A DNA stretch of 62,710 nucleotides, filler included, from Bipalium vagum (lineage: Eukaryota): assembly GCA_037834085.1 (NCBI GenBank). It is 3 parts of 3 records of this genome, joined end to end, with 100 filler letters (N's around TTAATTAATTAA, not from the genome) between each part and the next. Parts side by side here need not be neighbours in the genome. Positions count along the whole stretch, not along the records: positions 1 to 19,532 come from JBBMKC010000975.1; positions 19,633 to 47,037 come from JBBMKC010090414.1; 1 more part is not named here. One strand, written 5' to 3'. Positions within the stretch are counted from its first letter, which is position 1, and every line of letters begins with the position of its first letter. Below are positions 13,901-25,450 of this stretch, one piece after another. The translations under genes were made by a program, and so were the position numbers. The notes under the pieces were generated by a model. The model searched no databases. It saw only the letters and a list, made by a program, of their open reading frames with translations, and was not told the DNA's origin.

Positions 13901-15420
13901 ACTTAGTATTTGACAGAATCGCTTTTCGTACAATAAAGCTCCACTAAATCAGACTCTGTCACAAAGTAACGAAAATTGGTGGGAATGTTAACAAAGCTAG
14001 GGGACCTGGTATTGCAGCTAAGCAGATATGGTTCCTGGACTCCAGAAGTGGAAATAAATCTCTTGGTGATAAGGAGAAAACCAGGAAACCTCCTGATGTT
14101 AATCTTTTAAAAGAAATAGTCAAAGTTGGTCAGATATTCCGCAAAATATGTGTTTCAGAAATCAACGGCCTTCGAATATCTGATTATGTAACATGTGTTG
14201 CGCATTTAATTCATAATTGTACCATTTTGATAAGATCATATTATGTTAATGTTGATAATTGTATATCTACAATTAAAGTAAGCACAATAAAAAATAAAAC
14301 AAAGGAAAACTATTTGAAACATATAGGAAAGCCTCAAGAAGTTATTGTTACTCGATGGTCATCATGGATGAAAGCTGCATTATATTATTTGAAGAAATTG
14401 GCCTTTATTAAATCTATAATTAATAATATATAATCTATATCTTTAGATAAGTTTTAAGACTCAGAATATAATATTGAAAGTGGATATGACGCTATATTTA
14501 ACATAAATTTAGGATTAGATTCTATAGATTTGAGAAGCTATCTACAAAAAAGATTAGAAGACAATGGAATATGCGATCTGCTAAACTTTAGTAAAGAAGT
14601 ATCTTCAATTGAATATTCTTATTTAAAAAAATGTCCACCTGTAAGTATTGCGGTAGAGCGAAGTTTTTCTATTGTAGGAAATCTGTTGGCTAACCAAAGA
14701 GATTTTAACAGCGATAATATTTACCACTACTTCTCACAATATTATGATGTATTTGATGAATAAAGTTTTTTATGTAATTATTATTTTTGAAATTTTTAAA
14801 TGACACTTTTTTAATAATAAATGCCATTTTTTATATTTTTACTGAATAAATGCCATTTTAAACTAGTTATGACAGTTTAAAGTTTAGTTTTAAAATGCCC
14901 CATTACTTTCCGAATTACCTAATATTTAAATAAAAGATATTCGTTAATTACTGTTATAATTTTAAATCTTTTTTAGAATTTTAATTAGTTTAAACAAAAT
15001 AATTTAATAAAATCGTGTTTTAAAATTTAATATATGTTTAAATTTACTTAATTCAATAATTACAAATATTTATTAAAGTATCACTAATTTAACAAATCCT
15101 CCAGGTTGCCCCTGCAGAATTAGAAGCTGCCTTATTGAATATGCCAGGGATAATTGATTGCGCTGTTATTGGAGTTCCCCATGAGAAATATGGAGAGGTA
15201 CCAAGAGCGTTTGTTATTAAAAATCAAGACATTGATGAGAAAAATATCAACGATTATATGAAAAGTTAGAATAAGCTTAGACTTTTGTTTCAATATTTTC
15301 TTTACATTAGATATTCTAAGTGATTATAAGCAACTGAAAGGAGGTATCTTTTTTATCAAAGAAATTCCCAAAACTCCTAGTGGTAAAATTCTGAGACGAT
15401 TGCTAAGAGACCGCTGGTAA
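1973..15420 (+). CDS. 4-coumarate:CoA ligase / firefly-luciferase-like acyl-CoA synthetase (ANL superfamily), 12 exons, 541 aa
   Basis: Exons 1973-1996, 2035-2154, 2719-2926, 3899-4005, 4822-5030, 5075-5243, 6426-6609, 10859-10968, 11011-11152, 13073-13155, 15105-15264, 15311-15420. All introns are GT-AG with consistent phases; total 1626 nt. Motifs [83 protein letters not shown] overlaps the stop. Exon 1 is the least certain. Confidence 0.93.
8800..9470 (-). mobile_element. Degenerate mariner transposase in intron 7 of the ligase gene
   Basis: Minus-strand remnants [11 protein letters not shown] (WVPH motif), [15 protein letters not shown] and [15 protein letters not shown], with frameshifts. 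Confidence 0.8.
9706..10590 (-). mobile_element. hAT (Buster/Charlie-type) transposon, 3' part with terminal inverted repeat
   Basis: TIR CAGGGTTTCCCAATTTTTTTGG at 9706 preceded by gtatagac (nnnTAnnn). Transposase remnants [37 protein letters not shown]. Confidence 0.85.
11780..12620 (+). mobile_element. Degenerate mariner transposase in intron 9
   Basis: [15 protein letters not shown] and degenerate [11 protein letters not shown] (YSPDLAPSDY) motifs with many stops. Confidence 0.8.
13380..13780 (+). mobile_element. Mariner N-terminal (HTH) fragment in intron 10
   Basis: [29 protein letters not shown] resembles the mariner GRP linker and second HTH. Confidence 0.6.
14170..14920 (+). mobile_element. 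hAT-like transposase 3' fragment in intron 10
   Basis: [11 protein letters not shown] (CxxH), VIVTRWSSW and [13 protein letters not shown] (hAT C-terminal ERSFS); broken ORFs 14227-14433 and 14530-14763. Confidence 0.75.
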
Positions 15421-15795
15421 ATAAAATTCTATTCGCTTCTTTTCATCATTCTAGTTGAAGAATATTAAATTTGCACTTTATATTGATATGTGATTGATTT
15501 ATTTTTATTTTCCTTATTTAATTTAAAGAGTTAATGCTTGCGATTGTATTTTAAAAACTTCAGCGTAAGATTTGTAATAATATTTGACATTTATAATAAA
15601 GAAAAATATATTAAAACCTGGGTAACCACTACTTTATTGATTAAATGATAGAATTTATAAATATCTTTATCAAAAGGAAATAAAATTTATTTAAATAATC
15701 TAATCCAAAAAAATCAAAGTATACAAATGTAAAAGAATGGAATTTAAGACTCTTCAATAAGAATGGTGAAAGAAAACGAATTAAATTGGTTTTTG

Positions 15796-18479
15796 TCAAC
15801 TATTTTTCAGGAGTCTTCTTAAAATCTTTCCACTTGGAGTTTTCGGGATTTCATTTATAAATTTTATTCCTCCCCTTAGTTGCTTATGATCACTTAGGTG
15901 ACCTGAAATAAGTAAAAAATGAAAAGAAATATAAAGTCATCCTAACTTGCTATATATTCGTTTATAGTTTTCTCATCAATATCTTTGTTTTTAACAACAA
16001 AAGCCCTTGGTACTTCTCCATACTTTTCATGGGAAACTCCAAAAACAGCACAGTCAATTATTCCCGGTATGTTCAATAAGGCTGCTTCTAACTCCGCTGG
16101 AGCAACCTTGATTTTAATTAATTAATTAATTAAAAATTATTTCTATTAATTCTGTGATTTGTTTAAATAATAAAGGAAGCATAGTTTTTTAAAATACAAA
16201 TTATAAATTACTTTATTAATATTAATTTTTACTTTTGATAATACTTTTAAGACACCAATTGAACAATATATATGTATAAATATATATACAATTTGATGAC
16301 TTCAGATGGGGTAGACTAATGAAAATGAAAAGTCATATAGAATATAAATACTGAAATATCACAAATTATGCTATAGAATAATTATGAATCAGGAAAACGT
16401 TGGTTTTTAGTAGCCGAAACGATTGTATATAATAAATATCTTAAAAATCTTTTTACAAGTTGATACATACACACTTATTCCAATAATTATCCGTACGATT
16501 ATATTGCAAATAATAAAATAACATTTAAAGAAAAAATTGTTAGAATATTTTTTAAAAGGCTATCGTTTATAAGTATAATAGCCAATGCTGCATATTTTAA
16601 AACAGTAAGATGATGAAAATAGTTTTTTTTTTAAAATATAAGCATATTTATTTGAAAATTTTGAAAATAAGTGACACAACAAATATCCGTACGAATTTAT
16701 TTATGTTAAACAGACAAACAATTAATAACAGAATTTTGTTCTTAATAATTAATTGGCCCACTCTTATTTTTAATGATCATGTCACAGAGCTTATTCATAA
16801 AACTGATCACGTTATTTCAAAAATGTTAAGTAATTTTTTGTCATTCCTCCAAGATACACCTTTTCAGTATGGTTTTCCTAGTAATTAGCCTCTCCTTCAC
16901 TTTTCTCTTCAATAGAGCCCATAAATTCTCAATTGGGTTCATATCATGTGATTGCTCAATCCATTTCATGACATTTTTACCCGACTCATGAAACCAATGT
17001 GTAATAATTTTGGCCGTATGTTTCTAGTCTCTGTCATGTTGGAATTTGAAGTAAGTCTCAAGACCCGGGTAATGGGCAGATTCTAACAAATTATCTTTTA
17101 AAATTTTAAATAATCTTGCTTATACATTATTCCATCGATGAAGACTAAATTTCCAAATCCGCAACTTGAAAAACATCCCCATGCTTTACCGTCGGACTAA
17201 GGCATTCTAATTTCATTTATTCTCCTGGTTTTCGCCAAACATAACATTGCATCCTACCAAAAAACGTTAATATAACATTCGTCAGATCAAAGGACTTTAT
17301 CCCAAGTCTGTTGAATGGTTCAAAAGTTCTTAGACCCATGTAACACTGGTTTTCCGATTATTATTATTATTACCCTATCTCTGAAAACGATTTCTCACAC
17401 TTGACCTGAAAATGACGTCATTTTCTTTTTCCATTTCTATGGTTACTTTTTCAGTTGATATCCTTCAATTTTTTTCATAATTCTTTGAATTACTCTATCT
17501 TCTTTGATTGATGCTAGTCTTGGTTTATGATTGACGAGTAGTAACCTTACATGGCGTTGTCAATATACATATACCATATAGGTATATGTTATATAATATA
17601 ATAACTTCACGGTAAACCAAAAATTACATTTTGTTAACTCATGAAATCGTGTAAATACTCAAAGAATTGAGAGAATATAAAGTGAAATTAAATTAAAAGT
17701 CAATGAAAGGCACATATGGATTCGTCTTAATCAGTTATTTGTGCAAATTGACGTGGCTCCAAATTGTGCAAAGTCAAAATGTTAAATCTATTTTTGATTT
17801 AATAAAATTTTACTCGTAAAAACAATTGTTGAAGAATTTAAGAGGGAAAATAAAATAAATCAAGTTTCAAAGGGGAAAAATAACATATGAAAACGTTAAG
17901 AGTAAAGTAAAAAAGATGACCAGAATAATCACAATCGTTAATTTAGAAAACATAAATATAGGTTGTTCAAACAACTTTTTTTTCAATTTAAGATAAACTA
18001 TTAGACGTTTTCACATGAAATGTCTGACCCTCTGACAAATATATGAAAGTCAAAAAGTATTATGAACATAAAACATTTCAATGAAAATTATCTATCTGAA
18101 TCAATTATTTGTTGCAAATGGTCAAATTCAGTGAAAGTGTTTCTAGAAAGTCTTTTTTTTTATCTATTAAATTGTTTAGGAAGGCTAAAATATCAGAATG
18201 TTGGTTGATGTCTTTGGAGAAAAAAACTGTTAATTTGACTTATTTCATGACGAAATTATAAGCAAATGCAATAATAACAATAAATGACACATTTCGAATC
18301 AAGAGAAAAAACACATAAAACTGTGGGATAAAATTATCTCCTGAAACTCTTCCTTATGTTAACTATATAATAATTAAAATAATTTTTAAGAGTTACTTGT
18401 AAACCTTTGACCTTGATTAATTCCTTGATTCGATCAGAAATATAGAAATAATTATCCGAATCATAATAGCCAAAATCAC
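15796..18479 (-). CDS. Second 4CL/luciferase-like acyl-CoA synthetase paralog, last three exons only (5' part lost at the contig end)
   Basis: Exons 18479-18397 (83 nt, [27 protein letters not shown]), 16106-15947 (160 nt, [15 protein letters not shown]...) and 15902-15796 (...[16 protein letters not shown]). Phases and internal exon sizes equal those of exons 10-12 of the + copy; frames are intact. Confidence 0.9.
16790..17540 (-). mobile_element. Degenerate Tc1-like transposase in an intron of the second ligase gene
   Basis: WDKVL*SDE, AWGCFSSCGFGNLVFIDG, KHTAKIITHWF, DMNPIENLWALLKRKV. Confidence 0.8.
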
Positions 18480-19532
18480 CTAAAACGTTAATGTTATTAT
18501 TATAATAATAAAAATGTTAATATTAATATATTGCTGTTATTAATAAATTTTTATTATTTTCTAAGTTTCTGAACTAATAATTGAGTAATCGGATTTTTAC
18601 CGTTCTCGTACCTTCAAAATGAGGTTTGTTTTAATTTGTTAATTTAATCAATTATAACTAAGTACAAAGTTAAATTTTTAAAAATTTTATAAAAATTATG
18701 ATTTAAAATAAATATTAAATCAGTTTTTAGTTCTCATCTTAATTCTTAAATTTTTTAATTTAGTTACAATATTATAATGAAAAATATTATAGATGAAATT
18801 TAAGTTATAGCTACTTTAAAAAATTATATGCAATATATGCTCATTAGATATTCCAAATAATATTATGGTTCATAATTCAAAAAATCATAAAATTTACCAT
18901 TGTGGAAATCCTGGCAGTTTATTTATTATACATAAACAGATCAACTTTCAAAAACATCTTTTTAAAGTGAACCATAAAAAAGATTTAATTTCAAGAAAAC
19001 AATTTATGATTATCATAATGCGGAAATCCAAGCAAACGAAATCATTTTGTTTTCAATGGGGAAAATTGAAGTATTTAAGAATTTGAGATATCGGTATTAC
19101 AGTATCAATGAAAAAGAAAATATAAAAAGGCAGTATGGAAGAGCTAAAGTTACACACTCAACCAAAACAAATAAAAGCTATGCGATCACAACAATTTTGT
19201 TGCAATTTGGCGTATTCGGAAAGAATGTTAAGAAAATATGTTACATCTGTCAATCTAAAAACTACCAAAGAACTTTTAGATAACCTCAAATTGTTGGTGA
19301 AATATCTCATAGCTGTTTCATTTGATGGAAATAGGAAACTTATTCTTGTTTAGTGATGAAGACGATGGTAAAGTCGACTTTAAAGTCTATCCACCTTTCT
19401 TATTCAAAACATTTACTTACCAAATATAAAGAGAACTAAAATATTTAATGTCAAAATCATATGTGATGAAGGTCACGAGATTTAATTTGGAAACCGATCT
19501 CAGTCCAAGTAGTGAGGAAATTGTTGACAATA

Positions 19533-19632
19533 NNNNNNNNNNNNNNNNNNNNNNNNNNNNNNNNNNNNNNNNNNNNTTAATTAATTAANNNNNNNNNNNN
19601 NNNNNNNNNNNNNNNNNNNNNNNNNNNNNNNN
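19533..19632. other. Artificial contig-joining linker
   Basis: 44 N + TTAATTAATTAA (stops in six frames) + 44 N; identical copy at 47038-47137. Confidence 0.95.
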
Positions 19633-19750
19633 ACAGGTTTTCAATTAACACAGGTGACAATAACTTATATTTACAGTGTACGGAATTAAATGTTCAAATA
19701 AAAGAGGTGCTCAGCTAACAAAGGTGTTCATTTATGCAGGTTTCACTGTA
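19633..19750. mobile_element. pogo/Tigger-like element end
   Basis: Ends ...GGTGTTCATTTATGCAGGTTTCACTG followed by TA, with internal AGGTG subrepeats; resembles CAGTGAAACC-type termini. Confidence 0.5.
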
Positions 19751-21399
19751 ATTAGTTTCTATAAAATATAAAGTGCATCAAAATGAAAAAGTGAAAGATC
19801 AGAATTATTTACCGAAAATATATTAGCTTGTCTTAATTAAATTTCCTAATACTTTTTAATTTTTTGATTATCTTTTTCTAATTTTGAAGATGGAGAAAAT
19901 TCATTTTCTTTATATTCTAAAAACCACAGCCAAACATTCTGTCAAAACATGTAGTCAAGAGTGCAGCTACTTCTTAAAAATAAGGGAATGTGGATATTTT
20001 TTTTGTGCAATGGATATGTATAACATTTTTTAATGTTTTCAGTTTAATAAATCAATAATTCTTTTATTTAATAATGAATTACGTAAAAAACCATTTAAAT
20101 TGAATTTACGAGTTAAAAAACGATATTTTTGTGAGTCCATTTCAACGGCCAGGTACTGTAAATTATCTAGATTTCTGTATATGTTGTTTTCGATTTTTTA
20201 AGAAAAAATGTAATTTTTTTAATATTTTTAAATTTCAATTTTTTAGAAAAAATTTAACTTTTGATTTTTTTTATTCTGGAAAGAAGTATGAAAAATTTTA
20301 TTTTTAATTTTTTATTTTTGAAAAAAGTATGAAAAATTGAATTTTTTATTTTTAATGACTTTTTTGACTATTTTTTATTTTTATTTTTTAATATTTTATA
20401 TATTTTTATCTTCACTAAATTTTTATTTTTTGTATATTTATTTTTTGTGCCTATTTTTATGGGGCCTGTTTTAAATACAATTTTAGGATTTAGAGATGAA
20501 AAAGTGATTGAAACTTTAACAGTAATTGATACAAAAGACAATGCAAGATGTCGTGGACACACCCAAAGACTTTTTGATGAAATAGTTTGAGAAGTAAAGT
20601 TTAAAGAATCTCCAATGAAAAAATGTATTGATAATTTAGCAGAAAACCAGAAGCAATATATGAAAGGATAAGGAGGTCGGGAGAATTTGATGAAGTTATT
20701 AGGAAATAATTTATATGGCAGAATAACTCGAAAAAATTGAAACTGAAACTCATATTTTTAATGAAAGTACTGATACTGATGCAATCAATGTTTATAAGTG
20801 AGTGTGGCATAAAGGTTGTTGAGGATAAATGATTATGAAAAAGAAAAATGATTATTTAGATGGAGATGGGGGACTTATTTATGGATTGTTTCTTTGTCCA
20901 AAATAAAAGCATGTATCACAATTACACCAGACAGGATAATTGAATTAAACAAAACACTTATCACAAAGATATAATCGATATTAACAAATATTCATACTTG
21001 TATAATGTGTTACATTATTATCCTCTGAACTATGTAACCTTCAGCTCGAGGTTATTACCCCGTCACTTATGATATTAGCGTGATCATCCCTCAATTGAAT
21101 CAAATTAACTATAAAAAGCTTTATCATTTTATATTAATAAAATATTCGGTAGTATACACAGACGATAATAAGAACAAAAACACCCCAGGTAAAACACACA
21201 AGTAGTCAACTGAAAAATTACCCTTCTAAATCGAAAAAAATAGAGTAGAAAAAAATAAAAAGAGAAACAAAAACAAAGAACAAACTCTGACCGTCAACTG
21301 GAAATTGGTCTTTGGGTTGTTAGACCCGTTTTCTTATAAACGACCAAGCCACACAAGACCCATCAATGAATCCTGTCACATAAAATTTATAATAAAAAT

Positions 21400-22345
21400 T
21401 GATAACCTGAAACAAATGGATTCATGACCTAAAATATGTTTTACCAAAAGTTCTTCAGACTCTAATTTTCATTCGAAAAATTCATGACCTCCAAAAAAAA
21501 TCGATTGTGATCTTTACTAAAAAATGGAAAAATCAGCCCTGATGAAGACCTGAAACATCAATTTGCAATGATGAATTGAAAGCTGTCGTGGAAAATGACC
21601 CGAGCCAAACTACCACAGATTTAGCAACAAGATTTGGGTTTTCCTTCCCAACTATTTTGGCTCATCTATGACAAATTAATTAAGTCGAAAAACTCGAAAG
21701 ATGGATTCCATCGGGATTGACAGACATCCATAAGAAAAAGCGCTTCAATACATGCATATCTCTTCTTTCCCGGAACAAGAGTGATACATTTTTGCACCGT
21801 ATTGTTACCAAAAGTGGATCAACTATGACAATTGTAAGCGTACTGCACAATGGTTAGATGCAGATTTGATGGCCACGTCGTGGAGTGATATACAACAGTT
21901 TCTTGAAACATGGTCAGACAATCACAGCAGAGTTAAACTGTATTCAATTGGAAGAAATGATGAAGAATCTGGCAAAAAATTATCCAATAGAGATAAACCA
22001 ATTCTGCTCTATGACAATGCCCCTCCGCATGTTGCAAATCTGACTCAACTAAAAATTTTGGAGATGGATTTGGAAACAATCGGTCATCATCCTTATTCTC
22101 CAGGCCTTTGACTTACATATTATTGTTTTTTCCTGTATTTGGACAACTTTCTACAAGGAAAAATGTTCAAGTCCACAAAAGCTGTGTAAAATGCCTTCAC
22201 TTAATTTGTTGATTCCCTCAAACCAGAGTTTTTTGATAAAGGCATTTCCGACCTACTTCGATAAATTCCATTGTTCCTTTTTAAAGATTTCTTTAATAAA
22301 TATTTTGTCTTAAATCCATGCATTTCATACTTAGTGACCCATAGT
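21400..22345 (+). mobile_element. Degenerate mariner element (Hsmar1/cecropia-like)
   Basis: DELKAVVENDPSQTT, WIPSGL, FLHRIVT, PILLYDNAPPH and HHPYSPGL motifs with frameshifts. Confidence 0.85.
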
Positions 22346-23049
22346 TTGTCGTTGAGAATATTTCGACAGTGACGAGGCTTGTTGGCATTGAACTGGTTGT
22401 GATGAGGTTTGGGGAGTTGTCGACTTCTTTTCTAATTGGTTGAAAATAATCGTTATAAGGAACCAATTATACAATTACTTATTAATCAGTTAATTATTCT
22501 TTTTTAATTCCATAAATAAATATTTTGTGTGAAATTTAAATTGTGTAAAAAAATGTGAGTTGGGTCCTGTCTTATTTTCAAATTTTTGCTTGATGCTTGG
22601 TTTCTATATCTCAGTGTTCCTCCTTGCCTTCTTCAGAGTCATATTCATATACTTTAGTAACAAGTCATAGTCAAACATTGCATGTTCCTCGGTGATATAA
22701 GGCGAACAAAATCTTTCAATCTACCATCTTAAAACTAAGGGTAACCCCAGCGTCAACATTTTAGTCAATTGGAATCGAGCAAACATTATTAATAAATTTT
22801 ATTTTCATTAACATTTTATTTTAGCCTTATCTCCTATCCCCTATCTCCAGTCTATCTTCTCTTGTTTCAATGTGATAAGATGAGCTAATTTTTAATAATA
22901 AATAATAATAATATTAATAAATAGTAAAACATAGTCGATCCTTTATTTTTAAATTGTTTTTGACCATGATGATTCTTTTTATTATACATTATACCAAAAT
23001 TGATCCCTTTGATAGACAAAGGACCAAGGGGAGAGATGTCAGAACTTGT

Positions 23050-23424
23050 TTAACGAGCTCCTGTCTGTTCCAGCAGGAACAATAATGATCGGATATATTC
23101 AATCGCCATTCGCAACGTTCGAACCTTGGATAGTCGCGTTTTACTGGTTTCCATGTGAATACATTTGCGCAGCTCAGCGAAGGCACTGTTGACCTGCTGA
23201 ACTCGTCTTCTTTCCCGGGCATTTCTTTTGGAAATTTCGACCCTCAGTTCCGTTTGGCTTCCAATCTGAACTTTTGTCTGGGTACTTTGGTTGATGATTT
23301 GGGTGAACGCAACGTAGTCCCGGCCCCATTTATCAATGCCACATGGTATTTCGCAGTAACCTGTCACGAAATACCGTTGATTGACCTGGTGACCCAGGCG
23401 ATAGATTAAGAAATTTGGCTCCAT
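23050..23424 (-). CDS. Achaete-scute-like bHLH transcription factor, intronless, ~124 aa from the first ATG
   Basis: KRNARERRRVQQVNSAFAELRKCI...RLSKVRTLRMAIEYIRSL bHLH domain. First ATG at 23424 (aatATGg); the frame is open to 23565 without an ATG. Confidence 0.85.
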   Translation of the reverse strand: MEPNFLIYRLGHQVNQRYFVTGYCEIPCGIDKWGRDYVAFTQIINQSTQTKVQIGSQTELRVEISKRNARERRRVQQVNSAFAELRKCIHMETSKTRLSKVRTLRMAIEYIRSLLFLLEQTGAR

Positions 23425-24478
23425 ATTAATGCTTGGGATGACGACAGGCTTTCGTATGAGAGTGTTTGCTGTTTCTTGTGATTTTATATATCCTTTGTTT
23501 GTGTCAATGAAGGTGAGACAATGGGGACAAACATTTGGACAAGTCGACCCACCTGTTTCCAACAATGATTACTTTCTGGTCTCTTTCCAAGTGAAAAGAT
23601 TTCATAAAACCAAATAGGGTTTAAGTTTTATTTGTATTTCAAATCTGATAGTGCTCTCTCCAACGTCAGTCCCCTATTGCGTTGTTTGAATGTACAACTA
23701 AACCGATTTGAAGCTTTTATTAAAGTGTTAGTTGAAAAGACCAGTCTTTATTTGTATGTTCACAACATTTGTTTGCCTTTCATTTAATTATTTGACAGTA
23801 AATTAGGACCATTTACTTTTCCATTTCCTCATAGGACGTCCAACGAAAACTCTCGTATGACTATATAATTAAGAGTTTTGATCAAATTATTATTATTTTT
23901 TTTTTAATATTATTATTACTATTGTTATAATTTATTATTATTAATTATTATTATTTATTAATATCATTTTTTATTATTATTTTTATATTTTATAACTATT
24001 TTTTATTTTTTATTATTATAATTAATTATCATTATTATTATTATTATTAATATACTTATTATCCCATTGTACCATTGCTTTCCTTACATAACCTTTTATG
24101 AATCGACAGTAATATTTACAACAAAAGCTTCCAAGATTTCCAACGTCCGGGTCGGTTAAGCATTTAGTTTGCACCTATTTCTGATTGGTCTGTTTGTACA
24201 CCGTCTTTGTTCACTGAATGACCGACCAACCTGACTCCGCGCCTCAACAGCTCGAGTAATGCTCACTCGATTGCAGTTCATCGTTTTTTAACTAATTTTA
24301 ACACTAAAATGATTATTTTCAAATTAAATTATTCTTTGAACACAAACGTCTCACTTGGAGACTTAAAACGGTGTCAATGATTTACCAGAGCATTTCAATA
24401 AGGAAATGATGTATTTCAAATAAAACCAATAAAATTGGAAATAAAATCGTAATGAATAAATAAAGTAAAATCGAAAAA

Positions 24479-24994
24479 TCATTTGTTATCGTAAGTTCCG
24501 GCTCCTTTATAACCACCAACATAGCCTTGTTGAGCGTTGGCACCAGCAAGATATTCTCTGCCCTCAATACCTTTACCTTGTCCGGTCTCCATATCAAATC
24601 TTTCTTTGTGAGCACCAGTGTAACCCTTAACGTCGGTCAGTCGAGCTGTTGCCGCGTCGGCAGAAATGCCAGTAGTACCGTGACCAGCAGGATTTCCCTT
24701 TGTGATTTTAGTCTTCAATTCTGCAACGGCATCATCATACTGCAGATTTCTGGCACCCATGTACGCTTCTGCCAGTGGTCCTTCGACAAATCTCATGAAA
24801 TCGTTGAAGTCCACTTCCTTTTTGGCATTTCCAATGTGCTTTCGAAATTGAATATCACACCGATTCTGATCGAATCCTTTGCAATATATTTTGCAGTCTG
24901 TGCAGATCTTTTTCAGCGTTTTGTCCGTGCACGTCGTAGACCCCTTCTTGACGGAGTCGCAGAAAGCCATAAACGAATCCCTTATATCTCCCAT
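24479..24994 (-). CDS. TPPP: Tubulin polymerization-promoting protein (p25-alpha family), 171 aa, intronless
   Basis: KKICTDCKI...DIQF N-terminal motif; C-terminal RLTDVKGYTGAHKERFD, GQGKGIEGR and GYVGGYKGAGTYD hallmarks. Confidence 0.93.
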   Translation of the reverse strand: MGDIRDSFMAFCDSVKKGSTTCTDKTLKKICTDCKIYCKGFDQNRCDIQFRKHIGNAKKEVDFNDFMRFVEGPLAEAYMGARNLQYDDAVAELKTKITKGNPAGHGTTGISADAATARLTDVKGYTGAHKERFDMETGQGKGIEGREYLAGANAQQGYVGGYKGAGTYDNK

Positions 24995-25044
24995 TTTAAT
25001 GTGTATATAAAATCAAATGGATAATGCTAAAAGTGTTGCTTGGC

Positions 25045-25059
25045 GTTGCTAATGGAAAT
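25045..25059. promoter_or_regulatory. RFX X-box candidate upstream of TPPP
   Basis: GTTGCTAATGGAAAT ~50 nt upstream of the ATG, with an extra GTTGCT half-site at 25035. Confidence 0.55.
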
Positions 25060-25279
25060 TTATACAGAATCAAATTTGAATTTTAAATTAATATCGATTT
25101 TATTGATTTCGTTAATCATTGGTGTTTTGCCAAATGCCAATCAACGATATTTTTTTCATTTATCATATTTATTTCATTTATATTATCATTTTTATTATCG
25201 TTAGTCTTCGTTCTTGTGGCTAATAGTATTTTTGATATTATTAAATACCTTTAAAACCAAACGAAAACAAAATAAGCTC

Positions 25280-25450
25280 ATTTGCAACAGATTAAAGAAG
25301 TCTTGTATTCGGTGCGATGTTTTGCCTCATCCACCATACTCCCCGGACTTGGCTCCTAACAACTATCATTTACCTAGGTCTCTCCAAAATTTTTTGAACA
25401 GGAAATCTTTCAGTGTTGATGAGTCACTTAAAAGGTATTTTTATTGGATA
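25280..25450 (+). mobile_element. Mariner C-terminal fragment
   Basis: VLPHPPYSPDLAPNNYHLPRSLQNFL. Confidence 0.8.

Noticed and set aside
1973-15420. Calling the gene a true luciferase or a horizontally acquired plant 4CL
   Set aside because: The motifs are shared across the ANL subfamily, which is widespread in animals. Eleven host-type introns give no sign of recent transfer.
19577-19588. TTAATTAATTAA palindrome as a biological motif
   Set aside because: Part of the synthetic assembly linker.
21539-21560. CTGATGA-AGACCT-GAAAC looks like a hammerhead core
   Set aside because: It lies inside the mariner GRP linker coding sequence and has no credible stems I or III.
24527-25024. 165-aa plus-strand ORF, and similar ORFs at 23155-23409, 32596-32826 and 32874-33071
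   Set aside because: Antisense shadows of real genes.
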